Origin: Eubacterium sp.
Lineage (GTDB): Bacteria > Bacillota > Clostridia > Lachnospirales > Lachnospiraceae
Assembly (NCBI GenBank): GCA_024698585.1
Contig: JAILRB010000040.1
Span: forward strand, 13,396 to 45,395
Length of the DNA: 32,000 nt
Direction: 5' to 3'
Shown: positions 17,212 through 24,361 of the stretch, piece by piece
How the letters are laid out: each line of letters starts with the position of its first letter
Position numbering within the stretch: position 1 is the first letter of the stretch
Notes under the pieces: generated by a model
The model's input: the letters and a program-made list of their open reading frames with translations, nothing else
Told to the model about the DNA's origin: nothing
Databases searched by the model: none
Position numbers and translations under genes: made by a program

Positions 17212-18342
17212 CTATTTTTTCTTCTTACTCTTTTTATTCTTTACAATAATATCCTTGATTTTAAAGTTTTTCTGTTTCACAGAAATAGAAGCCTTCATGG
17301 TAACTGAACTACTTCCGGAATAACTTTCCGTATAACTGTTAATCAAGGACGTGGCAGTCACACAATCATATTTCATCTGATAGGTACTTACCACATCAAA
17401 TTGCTGTTCTTTTTTATTATATGTGATAGTAGTTTTCAGGTCACTAATATCCACATTGCTTAATCCATACTTTTCGCGGTGTTCCTCATCGAAAATCATG
17501 GTAACAGTACTCTGAACCGCCTTCTTTGCCTTCTTACGTGCTGATTTTTCAAAGAATGCGAGATAGTCTTTTTCCCCGCTTCCCTTCTTTCTTACCGATG
17601 CATAATACTGTTGGAACATTCCCTGATAAGCCTCTTCCACTTTCGCACGATAATTACTTTTTGCTCCGTAAGTCAATTTCGTCAGATTTGTTTTCGACTG
17701 ATTTTCCTTTACCTGAATCTTCTTTTCAAACACGCCATATTGATTTTGAGAACATATGCTATATTCCCCTTTTAAGATGGTCGGAAATTCATATCGTTTC
17801 ATTCCGTCCTTTGTATCTGCAACCATTTCTTCCGGCACATCTGTTCCGTTTAATTGCAGGGTATCTCCATCCGGAATGCTAATCTCACAGTCATTTACAT
17901 AGTATTTACTAAAGTCAACCTTATAGGATGGCTTTAAGGAAAATCCCTTACGGTAAGCATTCAGATAAATTTTAAAATCCATCTTTTTTCCGGTCTCCTT
18001 ATTGGAGCATCGAATTACAACAAGATTTTTTCCATTCTCCTTTGTTGGCTCCTTGACTTCATACTGATCTACATTCAAATCCTTTTTCTGGTCAGCAATA
18101 ATAGCACCCAATGCTTTTTCATCCAGATAACTGTCATTCGGTACATCAATTAATTTCTTAATCCCCTTATAGTCCTGTTTCATAAAAACCTTAAAGTATT
18201 CCACTGCCACTTCTGTAGGATCCGACTCATGATGAATATATGCTGCAGTTGCACCAATGACGGCACAAACCGCAATAAAAACCAAAACTTTCATTAAAGA
18301 AAAAATTCTACTGTTTCCAATCTTTGTTATTATTTCTTTCAT
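17212..18342 (-). CDS. Hypothetical single-pass membrane-anchored protein (376 aa)
   Basis: A short cytoplasmic N-terminus, a TM helix (VLVFIAVCAVIGATAAYI), a large Lys-rich extracytoplasmic domain and a poly-Lys C-terminus. I recognise no family. It is the first gene of a tightly packed operon with the flavin reductase, dinB and aroK genes. Confidence 0.6.
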   Translation of the reverse strand: MKEIITKIGNSRIFSLMKVLVFIAVCAVIGATAAYIHHESDPTEVAVEYFKVFMKQDYKGIKKLIDVPNDSYLDEKALGAIIADQKKDLNVDQYEVKEPTKENGKNLVVIRCSNKETGKKMDFKIYLNAYRKGFSLKPSYKVDFSKYYVNDCEISIPDGDTLQLNGTDVPEEMVADTKDGMKRYEFPTILKGEYSICSQNQYGVFEKKIQVKENQSKTNLTKLTYGAKSNYRAKVEEAYQGMFQQYYASVRKKGSGEKDYLAFFEKSARKKAKKAVQSTVTMIFDEEHREKYGLSNVDISDLKTTITYNKKEQQFDVVSTYQMKYDCVTATSLINSYTESYSGSSSVTMKASISVKQKNFKIKDIIVKNKKSKKKK

Positions 18343-18496
18343 TGTTACTCCATTCCCGCTATATGATTGAATTTGCTCTCTTTTATCCTATTAAATGTTA
18401 CCCATTATCCTTGATTTTTGCAAGGCTTTTATGTATCATAAATGCGAATGGTGACAATGCTATCATGGAAGTCACTTCATTCAGAAAGGAAAATAT

Positions 18497-19381
18497 ATGG
18501 ATCAGAAATTATTATTTAATGACGCTCTTGTGTCTTTAGTTGAATACGCTTCTGCTCAGGGAAATCAGCTTTCCAAACAGGAGATTCAGAACCATTTTAA
18601 AGAACTTACCTTAGATGATAACCAGTATGAATTAATCTATTCTTATCTGGCAGCAAATAAAATCACCGTAGAAGGATTCGAGGAAACAGAAAACAATGCT
18701 TTTTCCGAAGCACCTGTTACACCAGATGAATCCGAGACTTCAGAAAGTCTGGAAATTCCTGAAGAAACCTCCCCTTTAAAGGAATCGCAGGAAGAGCTAT
18801 CTTTCATTGATATGTATTTAAAGGAGCTGGAAGCCATCCCTCCAGCGGATGCTGATGAGAAAGCTACATTGCTGCAGAAGTTGTCCGTCGGAAATCAGGA
18901 CGTGGTCAATCGTCTCGTAGAACTTCACTTAAATCTCGTAGCAGAGGCTGCGCAGAAAAAACGCGGAAAGGGAGTTACCTTTGGCGATTTAATTCAGGAA
19001 GGCAATATGGGATTGATTCAGGCGATTTCAGAATTTCACGAATCCGAAGAATCCTTTGACGCCTATCTGGAAAAGGCAATTGACGCGGCACTGGATCAGG
19101 CCATCAGTAATCAGGTAAGTTCCGACCGCATTGGACAGCACTTGGCCAATAAACTAAATCAATTAGATAAAGCCACAAAAGATTTATCAGAAAAATTGGG
19201 ACGCGTTCCTGAAATATCCGAATTGGCAGAAGAAATGGGAATCACTGAAGAAGAAACATCTCTGTTATTAAAAACTTCCTTAGATACTCTTTCCGTCAAT
19301 GAAGATACTCAGATTACGGAACCGGAACAGACAGAACCGGCACCAAAGGAAGACCCTTTAACCTGGCGTGTGAATCGATAA
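18497..19381 (+). CDS. Sigma-70 (RpoD/SigA)-like protein with regions 1.1-3 but no region 4
   Basis: The protein is collinear with SigA. Region 1.2: DMYLKELEAIP. Region 2.1-2.2: NRLVELHLNLVAEAAQKK..DLIQEGNMGLIQAISEF. Region 3: RIGQHLANKLNQLDKATKDLSEKLGRVPEISELAEEMGITEEE. The protein stops immediately after region 3, and a terminator lies 8 nt after the stop codon. Confidence 0.8.
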   Translation: MDQKLLFNDALVSLVEYASAQGNQLSKQEIQNHFKELTLDDNQYELIYSYLAANKITVEGFEETENNAFSEAPVTPDESETSESLEIPEETSPLKESQEELSFIDMYLKELEAIPPADADEKATLLQKLSVGNQDVVNRLVELHLNLVAEAAQKKRGKGVTFGDLIQEGNMGLIQAISEFHESEESFDAYLEKAIDAALDQAISNQVSSDRIGQHLANKLNQLDKATKDLSEKLGRVPEISELAEEMGITEEETSLLLKTSLDTLSVNEDTQITEPEQTEPAPKEDPLTWRVNR

Positions 19382-19388
19382 ATAGAAA

Positions 19389-19411
19389 AGCCGTTGCATA
19401 ATGCAGCGGCT
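19389..19411. terminator. Bidirectional rho-independent terminator (sigma-like gene / larC)
   Basis: The stem agccgttgca (19389-19398) / tgcagcggct (19402-19411) has one G-U pair and a 3-nt loop. It is followed by CTTTTTATT on the plus strand and preceded by an A-run, which reads as a T-run on the minus strand. Confidence 0.75.
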
Positions 19412-19422
19412 CTTTTTATTGT

Positions 19423-20688
19423 TTATTCTGTTATTTTTTTCATGACCTCTTCCAAAGAAGAATTTCTGCTTCTTGCAATTTCTGCAAGATCCTCATACTC
19501 GAACTTTTCCCTTGTAACACCAAATCCTTTAGACTGTTTTACCCGGATTTCACCCAACGGGGTATCTTTCTTTTTCAATTCCCGGGTAAGCGTATATCTC
19601 TTACAAAGATTCTCACGGATTCCAAGAGTCGTGGTATGTTTGAAAATCTGCTCCACCATATGTTCCCGGTCTTCTTCCTTGCAAAGAACACAAATCATAA
19701 TTCCCGGGCGGGACTTTTTCATTCCCACAGAAATGGTATAGGCTTCCAATGCCCCTTCCTCCAACAACTGTTCTATTGCAAATCCAATCTGTTCTCCGGT
19801 CATATCATCCACATTGCAGGAGAGCTCCAGAACCTTTTCTGCCGGTTCTTCCATAGTTCCTAAAAATACTCTGACACAGTTTGCCTGTGAAAAATCCTTC
19901 TTTCCCATTCCATAACCAATCCGCTCCGTTTTCATCATTGGCATTGAGTCAAACCGGTTAGCAAAATATTTCAACAATGCGGCTCCGGTTGGAGTACATA
20001 ATTCTCCTCGAATTTTTCCGGAATAAATTGGAACATCTTTTAAAATAAACGCTGTAGCCGGTGCAGGAACCGGAAGGATTCCGTGGGCACAATGTACATG
20101 ACCGGAACCCACATGAATCGGAGATGCCACCACACTCTCCGGTGCCAGCATTTCCATCAAAAGACACACTGCTGTAACATCAGCAATCGCATCCATCGTT
20201 CCCACTTCGTGGAAATGAATCTCACTGACCGGACGATTATGAGCATGGCTTTCTGCTTCAGCAATCAAACCATAGACAGAAAGGGCATCCTTTTTCACCC
20301 GGTCTGATACCTGTAACCCATGAAAAATGTCTTCAATTTCCTTCATTCCACGATGCACATGGGCATGAGTGTGTTCATGTTCCTCTTCATGATGGTGTTC
20401 ATGGTGATGATGTTCGTGTTCCTTCTCATCATGATGGTGATGCTCCTCCTCATGATGGTGATGATGAGAAACCTCTTCTTCCATTCCATTTACCAGAACC
20501 TTCATATGCGTTCCGAAAATTCCACATTTTTCACTTGGCTCTGCTTTTATCTCAACTTCCGGAATTCCTGCTTCATTTATTCTTTGCAAAAATTCCTTTT
20601 GCTCTTTTTCATCTAATAATTCATAAAGTGCAGCAGTCAGCATATCTCCTGCTGCTCCCATTCCGCAATCAATATAGATTGTTTTCAT
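19423..20688 (-). CDS. larC: Nickel-pincer cofactor nickel insertase LarC (DUF111 family)
   Basis: MKTIYIDCGMGAAGDM..HFHEVGTMDAIADV..PATAFIL.. plus a His/Glu-rich nickel-binding tract (SHHHHHEEEHHHHDEKEHEHHHHEHHHEEEHEHTHAHVH). Confidence 0.9.
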   Translation of the reverse strand: MKTIYIDCGMGAAGDMLTAALYELLDEKEQKEFLQRINEAGIPEVEIKAEPSEKCGIFGTHMKVLVNGMEEEVSHHHHHEEEHHHHDEKEHEHHHHEHHHEEEHEHTHAHVHRGMKEIEDIFHGLQVSDRVKKDALSVYGLIAEAESHAHNRPVSEIHFHEVGTMDAIADVTAVCLLMEMLAPESVVASPIHVGSGHVHCAHGILPVPAPATAFILKDVPIYSGKIRGELCTPTGAALLKYFANRFDSMPMMKTERIGYGMGKKDFSQANCVRVFLGTMEEPAEKVLELSCNVDDMTGEQIGFAIEQLLEEGALEAYTISVGMKKSRPGIMICVLCKEEDREHMVEQIFKHTTTLGIRENLCKRYTLTRELKKKDTPLGEIRVKQSKGFGVTREKFEYEDLAEIARSRNSSLEEVMKKITE

Positions 20689-21443
20689 TTTTTCACCTCC
20701 ATATGATTTATCATATTTGCCAAATATCCAGCTCCAAAACCATTGTCAATATTCACCACGGAAACACCGCTGGCACAGGAATTCAGCATGGAAAGTAATG
20801 CTGATAACCCTTCAAAGGAAGCCCCATATCCTACGCTGGTTGGTACAGCAATGACCGGACAATCTGCCAAACCACCAATCACACTGGCCAGGGCGCCTTC
20901 CATTCCGGCAATGGCAATAATTACCGAGGCACTCATAATTTCCTCCAGATGTGCTAACAAACGGTGGAGTCCTGCCACCCCTACATCATAAAGTCTTATC
21001 ACTTCGTTGCCTAGAAATTCTGCCGTATCAGCCGCTTCTTCTGCCACAGGAATGTCACTGGTTCCGCCGGTAGCCACCACAATGGTTCCGATTCCATCTG
21101 GAAGAGGATTTTCTCCAACGATTCCAATCCGGGACTGTTCGTGAAACTGAAATCCCTTAATTGCCTGTTCCAGTTCTTTTGCAGCCGTTTCACTTAACCG
21201 GGTAATCAGAATTCTTTTCTGTCCCTTTTCCTGCATCTTTTCCACGATTCCAATAATTTGCGGAACCATCTTACCGGCACCGTAAATCACTTCTGCCGTT
21301 CCTTGCCTCGCCTGTCGATGCATATCAATTTTCGCATAACCAATATCTTCAAATGGTTCTTTCTTTATTTGAAGCAGTGCATCGTCAATGGTCATCTTCC
21401 CATCCCGCACCGCTTCCAGAATCATCTTAACTTCCGTATTCAT
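20685..21443 (-). CDS. larB: Nickel-pincer cofactor biosynthesis protein LarB (PurE-like NaAD carboxylase/hydrolase)
   Basis: GTAEVIYGAGK, VATGGTSDIPVAEEA and IAIAGMEGALASVIGGLADCPVIAVPTSVGYG. The start is set at the ATG at 21441-21443 (MNTEVKMILEAV..), after GGAGGTGGG. The stop codon overlaps the larC start codon (ATGA). Confidence 0.9.
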   Translation of the reverse strand: MNTEVKMILEAVRDGKMTIDDALLQIKKEPFEDIGYAKIDMHRQARQGTAEVIYGAGKMVPQIIGIVEKMQEKGQKRILITRLSETAAKELEQAIKGFQFHEQSRIGIVGENPLPDGIGTIVVATGGTSDIPVAEEAADTAEFLGNEVIRLYDVGVAGLHRLLAHLEEIMSASVIIAIAGMEGALASVIGGLADCPVIAVPTSVGYGASFEGLSALLSMLNSCASGVSVVNIDNGFGAGYLANMINHMEVKK

Positions 21444-21461
21444 TCCGCCCACCTCCGGAGT

Positions 21462-21502
21462 TGATAGAAACAAAGTGGTTCTGACTACTTCAGAACCACT
21501 TT
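21462..21502 (-). terminator. Strong hairpin (terminator or attenuator) between the small membrane-protein genes and larB
   Basis: A perfect 13-bp stem (aaagtggttctga 21472-21484 / tcagaaccacttt 21490-21502) with a 5-nt loop. On the minus strand it is followed by GTTTCTATC. Only ~28 nt separate the hairpin from the larB ATG. Confidence 0.55.
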
Positions 21503-21515
21503 TCAATTGCTCTCT

Positions 21516-21827
21516 TTATTTCTGAAACAATCTGGCTCTTACAGTACCCTTTGGATCCTTAATCAAAACATATACCAACCAGATTACTAATCCCAATGCT
21601 ACAACAGATAATCCCAAATAAGAATCATTCAGCATATCCATTGGCTTCGGCGTGAAATATTCTGCACCCAATTCTGCATATTCGAAGACTGCGTCAATAC
21701 TCCACATCAGGGATGCTCCCCAATACATCAGGGCTAACGTTCCTAACATCATCGGATTCTTATCCGATTTTACATACCATAAAACAGTGGTAATCACTGC
21801 GGCAAAAACTGTAATCAATAATGTCAT
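21516..21827 (-). CDS. Small polytopic membrane protein (103 aa), paralogue of the upstream gene
   Basis: Three hydrophobic segments: MTLLITVFAAVITTVLWYV, MLGTLALMYWGASLMWSIDAVF and LGLSVVALGLVIWLVYVLI. The start is set at the ATG at 21825-21827, 7 nt after the upstream stop codon. The ORF-track start at 21866 is a GTG inside the upstream gene. Confidence 0.6.
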   Translation of the reverse strand: MTLLITVFAAVITTVLWYVKSDKNPMMLGTLALMYWGASLMWSIDAVFEYAELGAEYFTPKPMDMLNDSYLGLSVVALGLVIWLVYVLIKDPKGTVRARLFQK

Positions 21828-21834
21828 GCTAGCT

Positions 21835-22212
21835 TTACTCCCCTTCCTTTGCAGTCTTCTTCGCACTTTTTTCCATGTAGGAAACTGCTACGACCATTCC
21901 AACCCAAACCAGGGTAACCAAAACAGCCATTGCCACACCGGCCGTACTCATTTCCGCCAGCATCCCACTGGTTTCTCCTTCCTTCACTGCTGTTAAGAAT
22001 GGGAATGTCGGAATTACTTCTCCATGCCAGAGATGTTCAAATGCTAAAAGTGCAGAACCTCCCCAAAGCATTTTATTTAACCATCCCATCTTCGTAGATA
22101 AGTGAACTTTCGGAACCTCAGTGTGTTCCGCATTTTTTTCTTTTGATTTTATCACCTTTGTTGCAACAGTTGTTACAATCGCCTCCGTTGTCGGCACTAA
22201 AAAACAAGCCAT
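21835..22212 (-). CDS. Small polytopic membrane protein (125 aa)
   Basis: A strong RBS (AAGGAGGA) lies 7 nt before the ATG. The hydrophobic segments are CFLVPTTEAIVTTVATKVI, MLWGGSALLAFEHLW and AGVAMAVLVTLVWVGMVVAV. I recognise no family. Confidence 0.65.
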   Translation of the reverse strand: MACFLVPTTEAIVTTVATKVIKSKEKNAEHTEVPKVHLSTKMGWLNKMLWGGSALLAFEHLWHGEVIPTFPFLTAVKEGETSGMLAEMSTAGVAMAVLVTLVWVGMVVAVSYMEKSAKKTAKEGE

Positions 22213-22244
22213 TTCATTGTCCTCCTTCTCAATCTATGCTTTTC

Positions 22245-23387
22245 TTATTTTTCAAAATGATTTGCCACAATTTTTAAATCTTCGATAATTGGCAAGTGCT
22301 GTGGACAGATTCCTTCGCATTTTCCACAGGCAATGCACTCGCTTGGTCGTCCAAAGACCTGAGCCAGTCGTTCATAATATGTTCCCTGCGGTCTCCAGGC
22401 ATCCATATCCTTTTCCAGCATATCCACATTATATAATGCAAAATATCTCGGAATGGCAATCTTCATCGGACAGCCCTCCGTACAATAGGAACATCCCGTA
22501 CAAGGAATCGCCAGACTATCATGAATGATTTTCTCTGCTTCCTTTACAATCGCCAGTTCTTCCTCATTCAATGGTTTAAAATCACTCATAAAACCGGTAT
22601 TGTCTTCCATCTGTTCCATGTTACTCATTCCGCTTAAAACCATCTTTACATTCGGTTGGCTGGCTGCAAAACGAATCGCCCAGGAAGCTACCGATGCATC
22701 TGGATTATAATCCAGAAACAGTTTTTCTGCATCCTTCGGTACATTAGCAAGGGTTCCTCCACGAACCGGCTCCATAACCACAACCGGCTTTCCGTACTTT
22801 TCACAAACCTCATAGCATTTTCTGGATTGCACGCCTTCGCTTTCCCAATCCAGATAATTCAGCTGTAGCTGAACAAATTCCACGTCCGGCTGCTCGCTAA
22901 GGATTTTCTCTAACATCTCCGCATTATCATGGAAAGAAAATCCGAAATGTTTAACCAACCCCTGAGCTTTCTTTTCCTTCAGCCATTCAAAGCAGTTAAA
23001 CTTCAAGTATTTATCATAGCGGTCTGAACCAACATCATGAATCAGATAATAATCAAAATAATCCACACCGGTGCTTTCCAACTGTTCCTCAAAAATCCGG
23101 TCCCTTCCTTCTATGGAATTAAAGAAGTCCGCATGAAGTTTGGTAGCCAGGGTAAAACTTTCCCTTGGATACCGGGACGTCAAAACATCCTTTACCGCAC
23201 TCTGACTCTTCATCCCACAATACATGATGGCAGTATCAAAATAGGTAAATCCTCGTTCCATATATACATCGACCATCTTTTTGGTCAATTCCAAATCAAT
23301 GCTTCCATCATCTGCGGGATCCAATAACGGGAGTCGCATCAGACCGAATCCCAGTTTCTTTGCCTGATTAAAAATGTCCATGGGCAT
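22245..23387 (-). CDS. Aldo/keto reductase with C-terminal 4Fe-4S ferredoxin-type domain
   Basis: An AKR barrel (LGFGLMRLP..YFDTAIMYCG..HDVGS..) plus two Cys clusters (CTGCSYCTEGCP and CIACGKCEGICP). Confidence 0.85.
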   Translation of the reverse strand: MPMDIFNQAKKLGFGLMRLPLLDPADDGSIDLELTKKMVDVYMERGFTYFDTAIMYCGMKSQSAVKDVLTSRYPRESFTLATKLHADFFNSIEGRDRIFEEQLESTGVDYFDYYLIHDVGSDRYDKYLKFNCFEWLKEKKAQGLVKHFGFSFHDNAEMLEKILSEQPDVEFVQLQLNYLDWESEGVQSRKCYEVCEKYGKPVVVMEPVRGGTLANVPKDAEKLFLDYNPDASVASWAIRFAASQPNVKMVLSGMSNMEQMEDNTGFMSDFKPLNEEELAIVKEAEKIIHDSLAIPCTGCSYCTEGCPMKIAIPRYFALYNVDMLEKDMDAWRPQGTYYERLAQVFGRPSECIACGKCEGICPQHLPIIEDLKIVANHFEK

Positions 23388-23419
23388 TCCTCCTTTTCCG
23401 TTCCTTATCCTATTTTTTT

Positions 23420-23447
23420 ATTATACACTATTCCCCATATGTTTGAA
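23420..23447 (-). promoter_or_regulatory. Putative extended -10 promoter for the aldo/keto reductase operon
   Basis: The minus strand has TTCAAA (23442-23447), a 16-nt spacer ending in TG, and TATAAT (23420-23425). Confidence 0.45.
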
Positions 23448-23601
23448 AAGAGCCGATGATAATTCATCGACTCTTCCGAGATTAAGAAACATGTGGTCCA
23501 GGGGCTACGCTCCATACCACTCTATATTTAAGAAATAAATCCTAAATATCTGATTAAATTGTTGTTAAACGAAAAATCTATAATGCTGCTTTGCGGGTAC
23601 C

Positions 23602-23636
23602 AAAAAAGGGAGCAAGACTGTTACGTCTGCTCCCTT
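23602..23636 (-). terminator. Rho-independent terminator, probably the original terminator of the transketolase operon
   Basis: The stem gggagca(a)gac / gtctgctccc (23608-23634) has one bulge. On the minus strand it is followed by TTTTTTGG (A6 at 23602-23607). Confidence 0.65.
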
Positions 23637-23785
23637 GCATTTCGTTTAACTTTGGATAGTATATCAGTTATCCTGTTTTTTTCAAGACTATTTTTACAGA
23701 TATTTCCATAATAAAGTCTCGAACGAATTATTTAAAGATTTTGCATTTCAAATGAAAGCATTTTCTTAAATAATTAATCTGAATC

Positions 23786-23831
23786 CTATACCAAGTACTC
23801 TTTTACTGACTGATAAATTCTCGTTTCTGTA
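23786..23831 (-). repeat. Relic duplicate of the last ~14 codons plus stop codon of the transketolase C-terminal subunit gene (direct repeat of 24362-24406)
   Basis: 31 of 35 ungapped positions match 24362-24396, at an offset of exactly 576 bp. The minus-strand translation ..IYQSVKEYLV* compares with the authentic gene end ..IYQSVKEYLA*. Confidence 0.75.
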
Positions 23832-23843
23832 TTTCACACCTTT

Positions 23844-24227
23844 TCATTTCTTTTTAATGAGACTTATCTCAGTACATTCGTATTTTTTTTTATTGATAGA
23901 CTCTTTATCCTCCATCGAGAAAGAAATACCAACCTTGTCCCCTTTTTTTAATCGATAATCTGATTTAACCTCATCTCCATCTGAAATGTCAATTACATCT
24001 TCATATGTAACACAAATCTTTGTTCCTGTCTCATAGACATCATTTTTTTCAGTTATCTCTAAAATAATTTCAGCATTCATTTCACTTTTCACTTCTTTTA
24101 CTACACCATACAGCGTTCCTCTATGATAATCTGCAGTTACGGTTTTTTCTTCATCTTTTTTACATCCAAATATCACAAGTAAAGCAGATAACAGAATTCC
24201 ACTTATCCAAAAACACTTTGAGTTCAT
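23844..24227 (-). CDS. Small putative lipoprotein (127 aa)
   Basis: A signal peptide with a lipobox-like LLVIFG|C (MNSKCFWISGILLSALLVIFGCKKDEEK), then a beta-rich soluble domain. GAAAGGAATA RBS. The gene looks AT-rich by eye compared with its neighbours. Confidence 0.65.
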   Translation of the reverse strand: MNSKCFWISGILLSALLVIFGCKKDEEKTVTADYHRGTLYGVVKEVKSEMNAEIILEITEKNDVYETGTKICVTYEDVIDISDGDEVKSDYRLKKGDKVGISFSMEDKESINKKKYECTEISLIKKK

Positions 24228-24361
24228 AACGGTATTCCTTTCTTACTTTTTAACATTAAAATAAGTTACAACACAATCCATAAAATCAATTTTCGAGTAA
24301 TTCATATATGCTACATTTGAATACCATCCATCATAAACCATCAAGAAATGCAAGTTAACTA

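Noticed and set aside
20320-20616. A 98-aa plus-strand ORF rich in Met, Phe and Val.
   Set aside because: It is the antisense reading of the His/Glu-rich tract of larC (CAT/CAC/GAA repeats), so it is an artefact of low-complexity coding sequence.
19423-21443. larB-larC interpreted as a complete lactate-racemase (Lar) system.
   Set aside because: No LarA (racemase or epimerase) or LarE (sulfur transferase) is encoded in the window, so only cofactor carboxylation and nickel insertion steps are supported here.
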